A stretch of 64,000 nucleotides of DNA from contig OZ220741.1 of the NCBI GenBank assembly GCA_965116885.1, positions 4,640,001 to 4,704,000 on the forward strand. The letters are read 5' to 3'. The notes under the pieces were generated by a model. The model worked only from the letters and a program-made list of their open reading frames with translations, was not told the DNA's origin and searched no databases. This DNA comes from Candidatus Latescibacterota bacterium. Its GTDB lineage: Bacteria > Latescibacterota > UBA2968. Made by a program: the position numbers and the translations under genes. The stretch's first letter is position 1. Each line of letters starts with the position of its first letter. This document shows positions 30,039-39,388 of the stretch, one piece after another.

Positions 30039-30250
30039 TTCTGACCCTCCTTATTTATAGCAGTGATTATACGAGGAAAAATATGTGTAATTTGATACAT
30101 TGTCAACTCCCAAAAAGCAAAAAAACACTTCCCAAATAGGCAGTAAAATCGCTTGGTTTGAGAGGGTTACGAAGTTATCTTAATGGAAATCGTAGCCCTT
30201 ATTTTTATGTGTAATGAGGGATAAAAAAGTAGAGCTTGTGTTCTACCCAA

Positions 30251-30319
30251 ACACAAGCCCTAAATACTCAATCAAAATGGGGTAACTCCAGTTTTATACA
30301 CCAAAATGAGTCAAGTCTG
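30251..30319. mobile_element. Two stacked IS3-type ends
   Basis: acacaagccctaaatac...ggggtaactcca (matches 21584-21623), then tacaccaaaatgagtcaagtctg. Confidence 0.75.
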
Positions 30320-30330
30320 ATTTATTTTAT

Positions 30331-30810
30331 TCAGCTATCAAGTCCTGATAGTACGCCCCTCTCATAGCAGGCACTTTGACCTGGATATTGCTCCTTGATC
30401 ATTTGCCAAAACTTCCTTCTTTGTCTCTCCTCGCTCTTAACTTGGAATAACGACTGCAACCGATAGACAGTCAGGAAATCCAGTCTTGGATCTGAGTCAT
30501 CTATCTTCAAGATAAAGTCTTTAATTTTCTCATCCAGTTCGAGCAACTGTAAAATCAAGCGGGTTTTCGTTCTCGAAATGCCCACCTGCTTTGCAAGTGC
30601 TGTCTGAGATTGAACATAGCCCTTATCAAGAAGCTCGTGATAATACAAAGCTCTTTTGAGATAATTGGGATGGTGCAGTTTTTGAGTGACCACTTGTTTT
30701 TGTGGCTTATGACCGATAGCGATTATAGGCTTCTGGTTCCTGCGGAAGTGGTGGATGGGGAAGTGATCCCACACACAGAAACGTTCAGTGAATGGTGCAG
30801 ACGGGCTACC
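30331..30810 (-). pseudogene. 5'-truncated HTH of the kind found at or next to large serine recombinases
   Basis: ALYYHELLDKGYVQSQTALAKQVGISRTKTRLILQLLEL; frame runs open into the terminator with no RBS or ATG. Confidence 0.55.
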
Positions 30811-30846
30811 AAAAAATAAGGGAACCGAAATTTTCGGTTCCCTTTT
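30811..30846. terminator. Intrinsic terminator downstream of the XRE gene
   Basis: aagggaaccgaaa-t-tttcggttccctt hairpin with A/T tails. Confidence 0.85.
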
Positions 30847-30871
30847 ATTTCATCTCCTCATCTCATCTACA

Positions 30872-31249
30872 TCAGGCATCGAGCAAGGATCGAAACGCAG
30901 CTTTGAAATTGTGTGGTGCGCTCCGCCAGAGTTGAATCCCCTCAATAATATCATCGGTTTCCGATTTGAATATCGGCTGCAATGCTTTCCTCAGTTCGGC
31001 GACCTGTATTGTTTCCTGGCCGGTTTTTTGATCCGCCAACAAATCTTCGACACTTCTGCCCAACACATCTGCAATTTTTGCCAACACGGGAATTGATCCG
31101 CGCTGCTTGCCCTTTCGAATATCGCTAAAATAGGGCGCACTAATCCCAACCATTTTGGCGATCTCCTGGCCCTGTAAACCCGATTCGCGTTGCCAGCGCT
31201 GAATCTTCTCACCCGCTATTTGTTTATCATAAAGCTCCCGCCTTGTCAT
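30872..31249 (-). CDS. XRE-family HTH regulator
   Basis: LQGQEIAKMVGISAPYFSDIRKGK...LAKIADVLG. Confidence 0.88.
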   Translation of the reverse strand: MTRRELYDKQIAGEKIQRWQRESGLQGQEIAKMVGISAPYFSDIRKGKQRGSIPVLAKIADVLGRSVEDLLADQKTGQETIQVAELRKALQPIFKSETDDIIEGIQLWRSAPHNFKAAFRSLLDA

Positions 31250-31264
31250 GCATACACTCCTTTT

Positions 31265-32035
31265 TTAGTGAGAATGCTTCTCTACCTCCACCAACCACGC
31301 AATATCATTCAGGTCGTGAAACGCGATAACCTCGGCTCCAATGCCACACGCACCGAGATTGGATGCGATACTATCTCGCGTCCACCTTGCAGACCAAAAA
31401 CCCTCAGCAGTCGCAACAAATCGCGACCCCAGAGGCGTTACAACGCGCTGCCCTGTATGCACGTAGAAATCGACCTGCGCAGCTTCTGTTTCCGGCACAT
31501 CCTTGTACATGGTGAAAAATGCGGAACCGCCGATTTTCAGAGCGCGATAAAAACGAGAAATCGTCTGAATAAACCGCGGATTGCGGTCGAGATAGGCGTC
31601 GTTGTACAGGCTGAGGTCATCGGATTTATCCCTGATATTGCCCGGAGTAAAATACAGACAGAAAACGAGGTCGTAAAACTCTTCCTCAACCACTGCCTCA
31701 GCGGCATCGCCTATAAATATCTGTGCGTTGTCAATGCGTTCTTTTTTCCACAGCGCGTGTGCGTCTTCAGCCATTTCGGGCGATATTTCAAAGCCGTGGT
31801 ACAAAAGACAGTGCTGCGCAAATAGAACGGCGTGATAGCCATTACCACACCCGATATCCGCAATTTTGTATGAGCCATGCCGAAGTCGCTCGCTGAGTAT
31901 CTCGTCTTGTATCTGCCGAGCCTCTCTAATCGGCTCGGGACAATAAGACGACTCAAGCGCGCGCTTGACGGCTTCATTTTCGAATTCCAGCGATATATTG
32001 CTCACGTATTCCCTCTTTGGTTTTTGCTTAGACAA
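31265..32035 (-). CDS. Class I SAM-dependent methyltransferase
   Basis: IADIGCGNG motif I. Confidence 0.85.
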   Translation of the reverse strand: MSKQKPKREYVSNISLEFENEAVKRALESSYCPEPIREARQIQDEILSERLRHGSYKIADIGCGNGYHAVLFAQHCLLYHGFEISPEMAEDAHALWKKERIDNAQIFIGDAAEAVVEEEFYDLVFCLYFTPGNIRDKSDDLSLYNDAYLDRNPRFIQTISRFYRALKIGGSAFFTMYKDVPETEAAQVDFYVHTGQRVVTPLGSRFVATAEGFWSARWTRDSIASNLGACGIGAEVIAFHDLNDIAWLVEVEKHSH

Positions 32036-32234
32036 TTAATTATTCATGCAGAAATCTACTATGCGGGTCAAGTTGTAAATATCAACTGTCTATGTATTCC
32101 CAACCTATACTGTATCAATTTTACAACACCTGTGCTAAAAAGGCACACATTTTGCTTTCTTTGTAAAATGTCACGACAAAATACAAAATTCTATAAAAAC
32201 AGGTACTTATATCATTTTTTTTCAAAATAATTTA

Positions 32235-32250
32235 CGGCACGAATTTTGCA
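32235..32250 (+). promoter_or_regulatory. sigma54 promoter
   Basis: CGGCACGAATTTTGCA ~45 bp upstream of ATG 32295. Confidence 0.65.
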
Positions 32251-32294
32251 TACTATAATCAGTAGCCGGGGTCATACATATTCAGGAGGTTACC

Positions 32295-33209
32295 ATGTCA
32301 CAGATTCGACTGTTTTTGCTCGCCGTGCTCGTCTGCTTGCCCGTCACTGCATCGTCTGCACCACACCTTGAACCCACACTCGAAAAATCCAAAGTCCAAT
32401 TATCGGGTTCAATAACCAATGGTGTCATTGACATCAACTCCAACGGAGAAATAAAAATCCACATCCCCCAGGGCACCCTTACACTCCCGACTGATTCGCT
32501 CTCCACAGCGCCCAAAGGACCATCCGGCCCCTATGCCCCTTGCATCCTCGGTGGTCCTGGTCAATCAGTTCTTAGTAATCCAGCCAGACTATCTCCAGTA
32601 TATACACCGATGCCAGACCCGATGAAATTGCTCAATCATATCGGGATGTTTTTCTCAACGGCCAGTGGCGGATTTGGCTCTCGTATCAATTACGACCACA
32701 AAATATCTCCAAACACACGCTTTACCGCCAGCCCGGAATTTCTCACCTATAGCCTGTCCAGATCCAGGGCTATTCTGGGAGACCTTATGCCCTCGGGTAC
32801 AACGCGGATCACCCTGATCACCATACCCATCGGTCTCCAACGCCACTTTGTGCCCACATCGCGTATCAATCCCCACATTGGATTTGGTTTTGGGCCCATC
32901 ATCCGGCTGGACCACCGCTCACATCGACTGGGGTACTATGGAAATAACCTGGGTTTAGACAGAATAGTTCGCAATAGACACAATAGCCTCAATCTTACGG
33001 TACCTCTTACCCTCGATGATTTCCCAAGTACTTCCTTGACTCTGGGCGGCCATCTCGCTTCTGGTCTGAATATCCATTTCGGCGCGAAAAAAAATCTCGC
33101 CCTCACCATTGAAGGCCGCTACACCCTGGCTCGATTCATCGACGCGATGGGTTCACCCGGCGATTTTAGTGGTCTCTCTCTTGCTATAGGATTTGGAAAA
33201 GCGTTTTAA
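32295..33209 (+). CDS. Outer-membrane beta-barrel-like protein
   Basis: Signal peptide, amphipathic strands, C-terminal Phe. Confidence 0.6.
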   Translation: MSQIRLFLLAVLVCLPVTASSAPHLEPTLEKSKVQLSGSITNGVIDINSNGEIKIHIPQGTLTLPTDSLSTAPKGPSGPYAPCILGGPGQSVLSNPARLSPVYTPMPDPMKLLNHIGMFFSTASGGFGSRINYDHKISPNTRFTASPEFLTYSLSRSRAILGDLMPSGTTRITLITIPIGLQRHFVPTSRINPHIGFGFGPIIRLDHRSHRLGYYGNNLGLDRIVRNRHNSLNLTVPLTLDDFPSTSLTLGGHLASGLNIHFGAKKNLALTIEGRYTLARFIDAMGSPGDFSGLSLAIGFGKAF

Positions 33210-33308
33210 AAACCACCACATAAAATCAAAAAAGGGACGCATCGGGTAAATGATGGGTCCCTTTTTTTAAAACGCCATTGATTTTAAAACATATCTACAA
33301 TTCCTCTC

Positions 33309-33338
33309 TTGACAGTACCCTATATTTAGTGCTATAAT
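33309..33338 (+). promoter_or_regulatory. sigma70 promoter of nrdR
   Basis: TTGACA-18 bp-TATAAT with extended TG. Confidence 0.75.
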
Positions 33339-33388
33339 TTGGGCACTATACAATATCATGTTGATTTTAAGAAAGGAACTCTATACTT

Positions 33389-33841
33389 ATGAAATGTCCT
33401 TATTGTGGCGTGATCGAAGATAAAGTGGTAGATTCCAGATCGAGTAAAGAAGGCACCGCCATTCGACGACGCCGAGAATGCCTGGGGTGTGAACGTCGAT
33501 TTACGACCTACGAATACATCGAAGACACCCCTCTCACCGTTATCAAATCCGATGGACGGCGCGAAATCTTTGACAAAAACAAACTCATGGACAAAATTCG
33601 ACTCTCCTGCACCAAACGTCCAATCTCGACAACTCAGATCGAGGAAATCGCCGACCGAATTGAAGATCAACTCGTAAGCAGAGGCGAACGCGAAATAGAA
33701 GCCAAAGAGCACATTGGCGAACTTGTCATGACAGAACTCAAACGCCTCGACGACGTTGCCTACGTGCGCTTTGCCTCTGTGTACCGCCAATTTAAAGACC
33801 TCAGCGACTTTGAAAAAGAACTGAGGCAACTTGAAAGGTGA
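33389..33841 (+). CDS. nrdR: Transcriptional repressor NrdR
   Basis: MKCPYC..KVVDSR...[20 protein letters not shown] cone; [10 protein letters not shown]. Confidence 0.97.
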   Translation: MKCPYCGVIEDKVVDSRSSKEGTAIRRRRECLGCERRFTTYEYIEDTPLTVIKSDGRREIFDKNKLMDKIRLSCTKRPISTTQIEEIADRIEDQLVSRGEREIEAKEHIGELVMTELKRLDDVAYVRFASVYRQFKDLSDFEKELRQLER

Positions 33842-33860
33842 AATGTAAAAGAGCCAGTAC

Positions 33861-34448
33861 TCACCTTCCTAAAAACCTCGCTTTCCCATCATGACAAGTT
33901 TGGCACGTTGCGGGCTTACCCGTTTTAATATCCAATAAGCGATCTGTAAACTTCTCCATCATCATGCGTGCAACAACCTTATTCGGCGTGGGCGTAACCG
34001 GATCGAGCCGACCATCGCGCCTTCTCACATGGCAATAGTCGCATGCCTTCACACCCAGAGCTTTCTGCATTTCTTTCATCATCGCCACAATTTCTCCACG
34101 CGACATACCCGCCAACCGCGAGGGTTTGGCAGCACTCGTATCGTGCACCACAAACCGCGCCGTTCCCGTGTGGCAAAAAGCACAATCAATCGATTTCCCA
34201 GTTGTTGTAACCAGACCATCCACAAAATGATGCTTCATATAGAGCGCTGTTTTCTTCAATGGTGATGGTGCTTTGTAATCGCGCTCACCTGCCTCAGTCA
34301 CAGATGGATGGCAATATTGGCACTTTACCCCCAGAGCTTTAGAAATCGCTTCCATACCCTCTTCGCTCGTATCCAAAACATGGGGATCGTCCGCGTGCAC
34401 ATCGGCATAAAGCAAGATAACCGCACAGCAGAAAAAAAAGCGTCTCAC
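33861..34448 (-). CDS. Tetraheme c-type cytochrome with internal duplication
   Basis: Signal peptide; CQYCH, CAFCH, CDYCH, CQTCH. Confidence 0.85.
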   Translation of the reverse strand: MRRFFFCCAVILLYADVHADDPHVLDTSEEGMEAISKALGVKCQYCHPSVTEAGERDYKAPSPLKKTALYMKHHFVDGLVTTTGKSIDCAFCHTGTARFVVHDTSAAKPSRLAGMSRGEIVAMMKEMQKALGVKACDYCHVRRRDGRLDPVTPTPNKVVARMMMEKFTDRLLDIKTGKPATCQTCHDGKARFLGR

Positions 34449-35803
34449 AAAGCCCCTCTCACGACTCGACCATCCACCCCATCGGGACTTTCCAGCCCCA
34501 ACAGAGCCATCATCGTAGGCAAAATATCCATCACCGTCGCGTCATCAGATGCCAGACCAGGCGCATTGGCAAACCACAGCGCATCATCGAAGGTATGCGT
34601 GCCATTCACCGGGCTGGGTTCGAACAAAACGCGCTTTTCAAAACCGCCCTTCAAATCATATCCCTGTGCAGGCACTGCCATAAGATCGGGTGCCGCATCG
34701 AGGTCATCGCCGAAAAAAGCCTCTTCGCGCATCAACACGCGATCAATGACAGGTGCTCCACCATCGGGATCGCGAATTTCCATCAGCGCATCTGCCACAT
34801 CTCGCCGGACCTGCTCGTATTCAGCACCTGCCTGCACGCACCCCTCGCGCTCCCTACCCTTTAGATTCACGTAAAACCGCCCGGGCAACAATGAATAACA
34901 CCGCGTTCGAGGATCCAGGTCTCTCAACTGCATTGGTTCAGGCGATGCAAAAGACAATAACCCCATCTGTTGCAGCCAAAAATTCAAATGCACCTCGCGC
35001 TGCAGGGTGCAAAAACCGTGATCCGATACAATCATGAGCAACGTATCGCTGTATAACCGCGAAACCAGTTCTCCAATGATCTCATCTACACGCGCGTAAA
35101 ACTGATTAAACCACGCGGTATGCGACGCATCTCCTCTCTCTACATCCCCCCAAAGAAAATGGTGCAACCGATCGGTATCCATAAAATGCGCCACAAACAA
35201 ATCCCACGATTCCTGGGCATAATACTTGAACATAGCCTCTGCACGTCGGTTGAGTGCCCAGAAGATCTCGTCGAGAAATTTCTGGCGGTTTTCACGCGCC
35301 TGCCAGGCGTCAATATCAATCAAATAACCCATGGATTCCAGTTCAGACGCGATAGAAGGCGGATAGGTCGCTCGCTTCAAATCGGGTGCTAAAAATCCCG
35401 AAATCAAGATGCCATTAACTTTGCGAGGGGGAAAAGTAGTCGGCACTCCCATAGAAAAAACCCGCTGCCCCATATTGCTAAACAGATCAACCCACGTCTT
35501 GCTTCGCAAAGTTCTCGAAGATGGAATAAACATCTCATACGTTTGGGGAACGCGGTCAATAAATCCAAAAATCCCGTGTCTGCCCGGGTTACAACCCGTC
35601 GCAATCGATGCCCAGGCAGTTGACGATACCGTAGGTACCACCGACGTCATAGACATCAATGATCCCTGAACGATCAACTGCTGAAAATTGGGCATAATCC
35701 CCTCGGCTATCAGGCGTTGCAACAGGCTATGTGGCATACCATCCAGGCCCAAAACAACGACCCTGCTAAAATTGGTCTTATTTCGTCGAAAAAAATTAAG
35801 CAT
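34445..35803 (-). CDS. Alkaline phosphatase superfamily phosphodiesterase
   Basis: VLGLDG...SSTAW..TG.NPGRHG...SDHGF...GTH. Confidence 0.88.
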   Translation of the reverse strand: MLNFFRRNKTNFSRVVVLGLDGMPHSLLQRLIAEGIMPNFQQLIVQGSLMSMTSVVPTVSSTAWASIATGCNPGRHGIFGFIDRVPQTYEMFIPSSRTLRSKTWVDLFSNMGQRVFSMGVPTTFPPRKVNGILISGFLAPDLKRATYPPSIASELESMGYLIDIDAWQARENRQKFLDEIFWALNRRAEAMFKYYAQESWDLFVAHFMDTDRLHHFLWGDVERGDASHTAWFNQFYARVDEIIGELVSRLYSDTLLMIVSDHGFCTLQREVHLNFWLQQMGLLSFASPEPMQLRDLDPRTRCYSLLPGRFYVNLKGREREGCVQAGAEYEQVRRDVADALMEIRDPDGGAPVIDRVLMREEAFFGDDLDAAPDLMAVPAQGYDLKGGFEKRVLFEPSPVNGTHTFDDALWFANAPGLASDDATVMDILPTMMALLGLESPDGVDGRVVRGAL

Positions 35804-35878
35804 CTACCATCCTAAAATAAAATAGGGCTTTTAACCCCTTGTATATAGAAGCTAAAAGCCCAAGACATAGTAAAAATG

Positions 35879-35956
35879 TGGGGTGAGTGAGGGGATTTGA
35901 ACCCCCGACCTCCTGGGCCACAACCAGGCGCTCTGACCGACTGAGCTACACCCACC
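35879..35956 (-). tRNA. tRNA-His (GTG), with G-1 and encoded CCA
   Basis: Full cloverleaf; anticodon loop TTGTGGC. Confidence 0.96.
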
Positions 35957-35971
35957 ACACAAAACGCAAAA

Positions 35972-36045
35972 CACTCCCGGCAGGGCTCGAACCTGCGACC
36001 TACTGCTTAGAAGGCAGTTGCTCTATCCAGCTGAGCTACGGGAGC
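35972..36045 (-). tRNA. tRNA-Arg (TCT), CCA not encoded
   Basis: Full cloverleaf; anticodon loop CTTCTAA. Confidence 0.96.
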
Positions 36046-36325
36046 AAAAAACTTACCCTTAAGGATTCTATCAAAAGGCGACACGGATATGATACACATC
36101 CTATTTGAGAGCAAAATTATCATATTGATCAAAAAGTGTCAAGCAAAAGTAACTCTTTTCCATCTCCGCCGATCCTTCCCAAGGCTTCAGACCCATGCGA
36201 TAAATAGCAGATTTTATACCTCATTTTGCTCCAAATTCCAGTTTTTTTTCAACTTGACAACCATTCTTCCCCTGATGATATTCTTTCAATATGCAGGTAT
36301 TCACCCCAAAAGTACCGGTCCCCTC

Positions 36326-36952
36326 ATGTCCAGAAAACGACTCACACAGGCCGAACGGCGCACCCAAATTATCGAAGTGGCGATGACGCTTTTCGCCACC
36401 AAAGGATTTACCGGTACCACCACGCGTGCCATTGCTCGTGCGGCAGATGTTTCGGAAGCCATTATCTTCAGGCATTTTGCGACCAAAGAAGACCTCTACA
36501 ACGCCATTATCACATACACAGTTGAAAAACGTTCAGAACAGTGGGATCAAGACACAATCCCTCCGCCAGACCCACGCAATATCGAACACCTCTTGCGCGA
36601 CTTTGCCCAGACATTTGTCAATCGCAATCGCAGAGATCCGACATTCATACGCCTGATGATGTACAGCGCACTCGAAGATCACAAATTCCGAGAAAAATTT
36701 TTCGCGATTTACAGCAACCCCCACATGCGATCCATTCACCAGGCCATTCAAACTGGTGTCGATCAGGGCCTGTTTCACACAGTTGATCCGGTTGCATCGC
36801 GTCGCTCTTTCTTCTATGCACTTCTGCAATACTGCATCAGCCGTTTTGTTGCGAGAAATGAAACCGATATGCCAGAACGCGATGATGCCATGATCGAAAA
36901 TCTCGTGACAATTTTTGTGCGCGGACTGCGAATAGATAATCACAAAATCTAA
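36326..36952 (+). CDS. TetR/AcrR family regulator
   Basis: LFATKGFTGTTTRAIARAADVSEAIIFRHFATKEDL. Confidence 0.93.
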   Translation: MSRKRLTQAERRTQIIEVAMTLFATKGFTGTTTRAIARAADVSEAIIFRHFATKEDLYNAIITYTVEKRSEQWDQDTIPPPDPRNIEHLLRDFAQTFVNRNRRDPTFIRLMMYSALEDHKFREKFFAIYSNPHMRSIHQAIQTGVDQGLFHTVDPVASRRSFFYALLQYCISRFVARNETDMPERDDAMIENLVTIFVRGLRIDNHKI

Positions 36953-36959
36953 TCCTCTC

Positions 36960-38315
36960 ATGATCGATTTACGCTTTCTCGAAGAAGGCAAAGCAATTCG
37001 GGATCCCATTTGGGGCTATATCCACATACCGTCCGATTTTTTACCCCTCGTTGATGCCGAAGAATTTCAACGCCTTCGCGATATATCGCAACTCGGGCAC
37101 GTTTTGCTCGTGTATCCCGGAGCTCGCCACTCGCGCTTTGAACACACTTTGGGCGTGTTTCACATTGCGGGCCATTTCCTCAAACAATTGCTCAAAACCC
37201 AGCCCCCTCCCGATATCGATATCGATGACGTGCGCGTGCTTCTCGCGGCGAGTTTGTTGCACGACATCGGCCATTATCCCTTTTCGCATCTGCTCGAAGA
37301 AATGCAGATGTTTTTTATTGACCATGAAACGCGAGGGCGCTACATCATTGAAGATCCGAGCACAGAGGTCCACACCGCACTTCTCAAAGCAGGCATAGAC
37401 CCCCAGCGCGTTGCAAATGTTATCGATTACCGGCAGCGCACCATTCCCGACCGCGATACGCGCCTTGCCCATATTCTCAGCGGCACACTCGACCCCGACA
37501 AAATCGACTATCTTCTGCGCGACGCGCGCTACTGCGGTGTTCCATTTGGCGAGAGCGTCAACAGGGATCGCCTCCTATCCTCAATTACATATCATCACGC
37601 GACACAGCGACCGGCCATCACTTACAAAGGCGTATCTGCAACTGAAGCACTCATCTTTACCAGCTATTTGATGTATCGCAACGTCTATTGGCACCACGCG
37701 GTTCGCTCTGCCAATGCCATGTTCAAGCGAGGGATACAGGACCTTTTGGCGCATCCCAACTGTTCGCTGACAGAAAATGACTTTGATCGCGCCACCGAAT
37801 CTGACCTGCTTCACCGTCTCGAAAAAGAACATACCGAACTCGGGATCTCCTACCGAACCAGCCTGATTGGCCGTCTCAAAAGACGCAAACTCTTCAAAGT
37901 TGCACGCATATTCTTTCCTCATGAATACGCGCAACACCTCATAAATTTATTTCGCCACCTCCATAATGCGCCCGACCAGCGAAGAGAACTCGAAATAGCC
38001 TTTTGCGCCCATTTTTCCTCAAAGCTCAAACTAAATCTCTGTGGCAATGAAATACTCCTCGATATTCTCCAGTTTGACAAAAGCCCCGAAGTAGATCTCA
38101 AAGTCTTTTTTGATGCCCACATCCCCGTAGAAAAACCAGAACCCCTGAGCTTTGATGACCCGGAAGTCTCTTTGCTCAAAAATTATCTGCTCGACAACTT
38201 TGAAGCACAGGCCAAAGTGGTGCGTATCTTCTGCGACGATATTCCCAAATTGCGTCAGGCCGTGCGCGACGAAGCCTTCGCCTTTCTGAAAAACTGGGCA
38301 ACAGTCAGAGCTTGA
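36960..38315 (+). CDS. HD-domain phosphohydrolase (dNTPase/SAMHD1-like)
   Basis: RDPIWG, QRL..I.QLG, HSRFEH, LLHDIGH.PFSH, DKIDYL.RD. Confidence 0.9.
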   Translation: MIDLRFLEEGKAIRDPIWGYIHIPSDFLPLVDAEEFQRLRDISQLGHVLLVYPGARHSRFEHTLGVFHIAGHFLKQLLKTQPPPDIDIDDVRVLLAASLLHDIGHYPFSHLLEEMQMFFIDHETRGRYIIEDPSTEVHTALLKAGIDPQRVANVIDYRQRTIPDRDTRLAHILSGTLDPDKIDYLLRDARYCGVPFGESVNRDRLLSSITYHHATQRPAITYKGVSATEALIFTSYLMYRNVYWHHAVRSANAMFKRGIQDLLAHPNCSLTENDFDRATESDLLHRLEKEHTELGISYRTSLIGRLKRRKLFKVARIFFPHEYAQHLINLFRHLHNAPDQRRELEIAFCAHFSSKLKLNLCGNEILLDILQFDKSPEVDLKVFFDAHIPVEKPEPLSFDDPEVSLLKNYLLDNFEAQAKVVRIFCDDIPKLRQAVRDEAFAFLKNWATVRA

Positions 38316-38359
38316 TAAAATGGCCGGAAAGTTATATATTGCTTACTTTTAAACGTTTT

Positions 38360-38442
38360 TCACCTTTACCTGGATTTATTGAAAATTCTATATTCTCCCT
38401 CAGCCATAGATAAGTCACGCTCACCTTTACCTGGATTTATTG
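38360..38442. repeat. Two identical 22-bp direct repeats
   Basis: tcacctttacctggatttattg at 38360 and 38421. Confidence 0.9.
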
Positions 38443-38443
38443 T

Positions 38444-39370
38444 ATGAAAAAATATCTGACTTTAATGTTTATCTCCCACAATGAAGGTTATATCAAAGAG
38501 TACCATCTTTCAAAACCGAAATTTATCGGTATTGTGAGTACATTATGCCTGCTCCTATTGCTCTCGCTCGGTTATGTTGCCACAATAGGTAAGCGGGAAA
38601 GGCTCGCCGAACTCAAAGCGGAAAACACCGCACTCCAACGCGAATTTGCCTTAATTCAAGAAGAATTGAAAAACATGCGCCACAGCATGGATCAGCTACA
38701 GGAAAAAGATCGCATCATGCGCGCCTGGGTTGACCTCTCAGAACCGAGTGATGAAGTGCGTCAAATAGGTGTGGGGGGGGGCGAATCCATGCCGCCAGAA
38801 TGGGAAACCGCCGTACCAGACCGCGTCTCGGGCCTTCTGGCCGATAACCGCATCAATATGGACCAACTCTTGCGAGAGGCACACTTCCTGCAAGCCAGTT
38901 TTGATACGATTTTGACAGTACTTAGCAAAGACATCCAAATGCGCCGGCACATACCTTCAATTACCCCCGTGCGGATGGACAATCCGAGAATATCATCGGG
39001 TTTTGGCATCCGTCGCGATCCATTCACCGGGCGCAGACAATTTCACTCTGGCATCGATTATCCCGGTCGCAGGGGCACGCCCATTATCGCCACAGCCGAT
39101 GGCACAATAGATAAAATTGATTACAACCGTCGTTTGGGATGGTATGTGAGAATCAACCACGGTTATGGCCTGCAAACTCTGTATGGGCACCTGAACAGCA
39201 AGCCACATGTCAAGCTCGGAACCCGCGTCAAACGCGGCGAAAAGATCGGCGAGATGGGCAGAACAGGACGCTCAACAGCCCCTCATCTCCACTACTCAGT
39301 CATCAAAAATGGCAACTCCGAAAACCCCACACATTACATCTTTGATCAAAAAACGCGCTCTTTGTTTTAG
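38444..39370 (+). CDS. M23 family metallopeptidase
   Basis: HSGID, YGHL, TGRSTAPHLHY; TM + coiled coil. Confidence 0.92.
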   Translation: MKKYLTLMFISHNEGYIKEYHLSKPKFIGIVSTLCLLLLLSLGYVATIGKRERLAELKAENTALQREFALIQEELKNMRHSMDQLQEKDRIMRAWVDLSEPSDEVRQIGVGGGESMPPEWETAVPDRVSGLLADNRINMDQLLREAHFLQASFDTILTVLSKDIQMRRHIPSITPVRMDNPRISSGFGIRRDPFTGRRQFHSGIDYPGRRGTPIIATADGTIDKIDYNRRLGWYVRINHGYGLQTLYGHLNSKPHVKLGTRVKRGEKIGEMGRTGRSTAPHLHYSVIKNGNSENPTHYIFDQKTRSLF

Positions 39371-39388
39371 CAAATCAAAGGATAAATC

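Larger units (their letters stand above)
1..30812. mobile_element. Integrated element / genomic island, right-hand part (left end outside window)
   Basis: Rep-like HTH gene, RadC/SSB/Rad52 module, dense IS scars, variable base composition and cargo genes; abrupt switch to housekeeping-type genes after ~30.85 kb. Confidence 0.7.

Noticed and set aside
10917..30319. Integron attC array
   Set aside because: Repeats lack RYYYAAC/GTTRRRY structure, carry IS3 transposase tails, and no tyrosine integrase is present
33861..34448. Evidence of photosynthesis
   Set aside because: Only a loose resemblance to reaction-centre cytochrome motifs; no puf or bch genes
35879..36045. tRNAs as the island integration site
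   Set aside because: Separated from the island by core genes (nrdR etc.); no duplicated tRNA 3' end seen
35887..36108. 73-aa ORF
   Set aside because: Antisense to two tRNA genes
38360..38442. Possible mini-CRISPR
   Set aside because: Only two repeats, not palindromic, no cas genes
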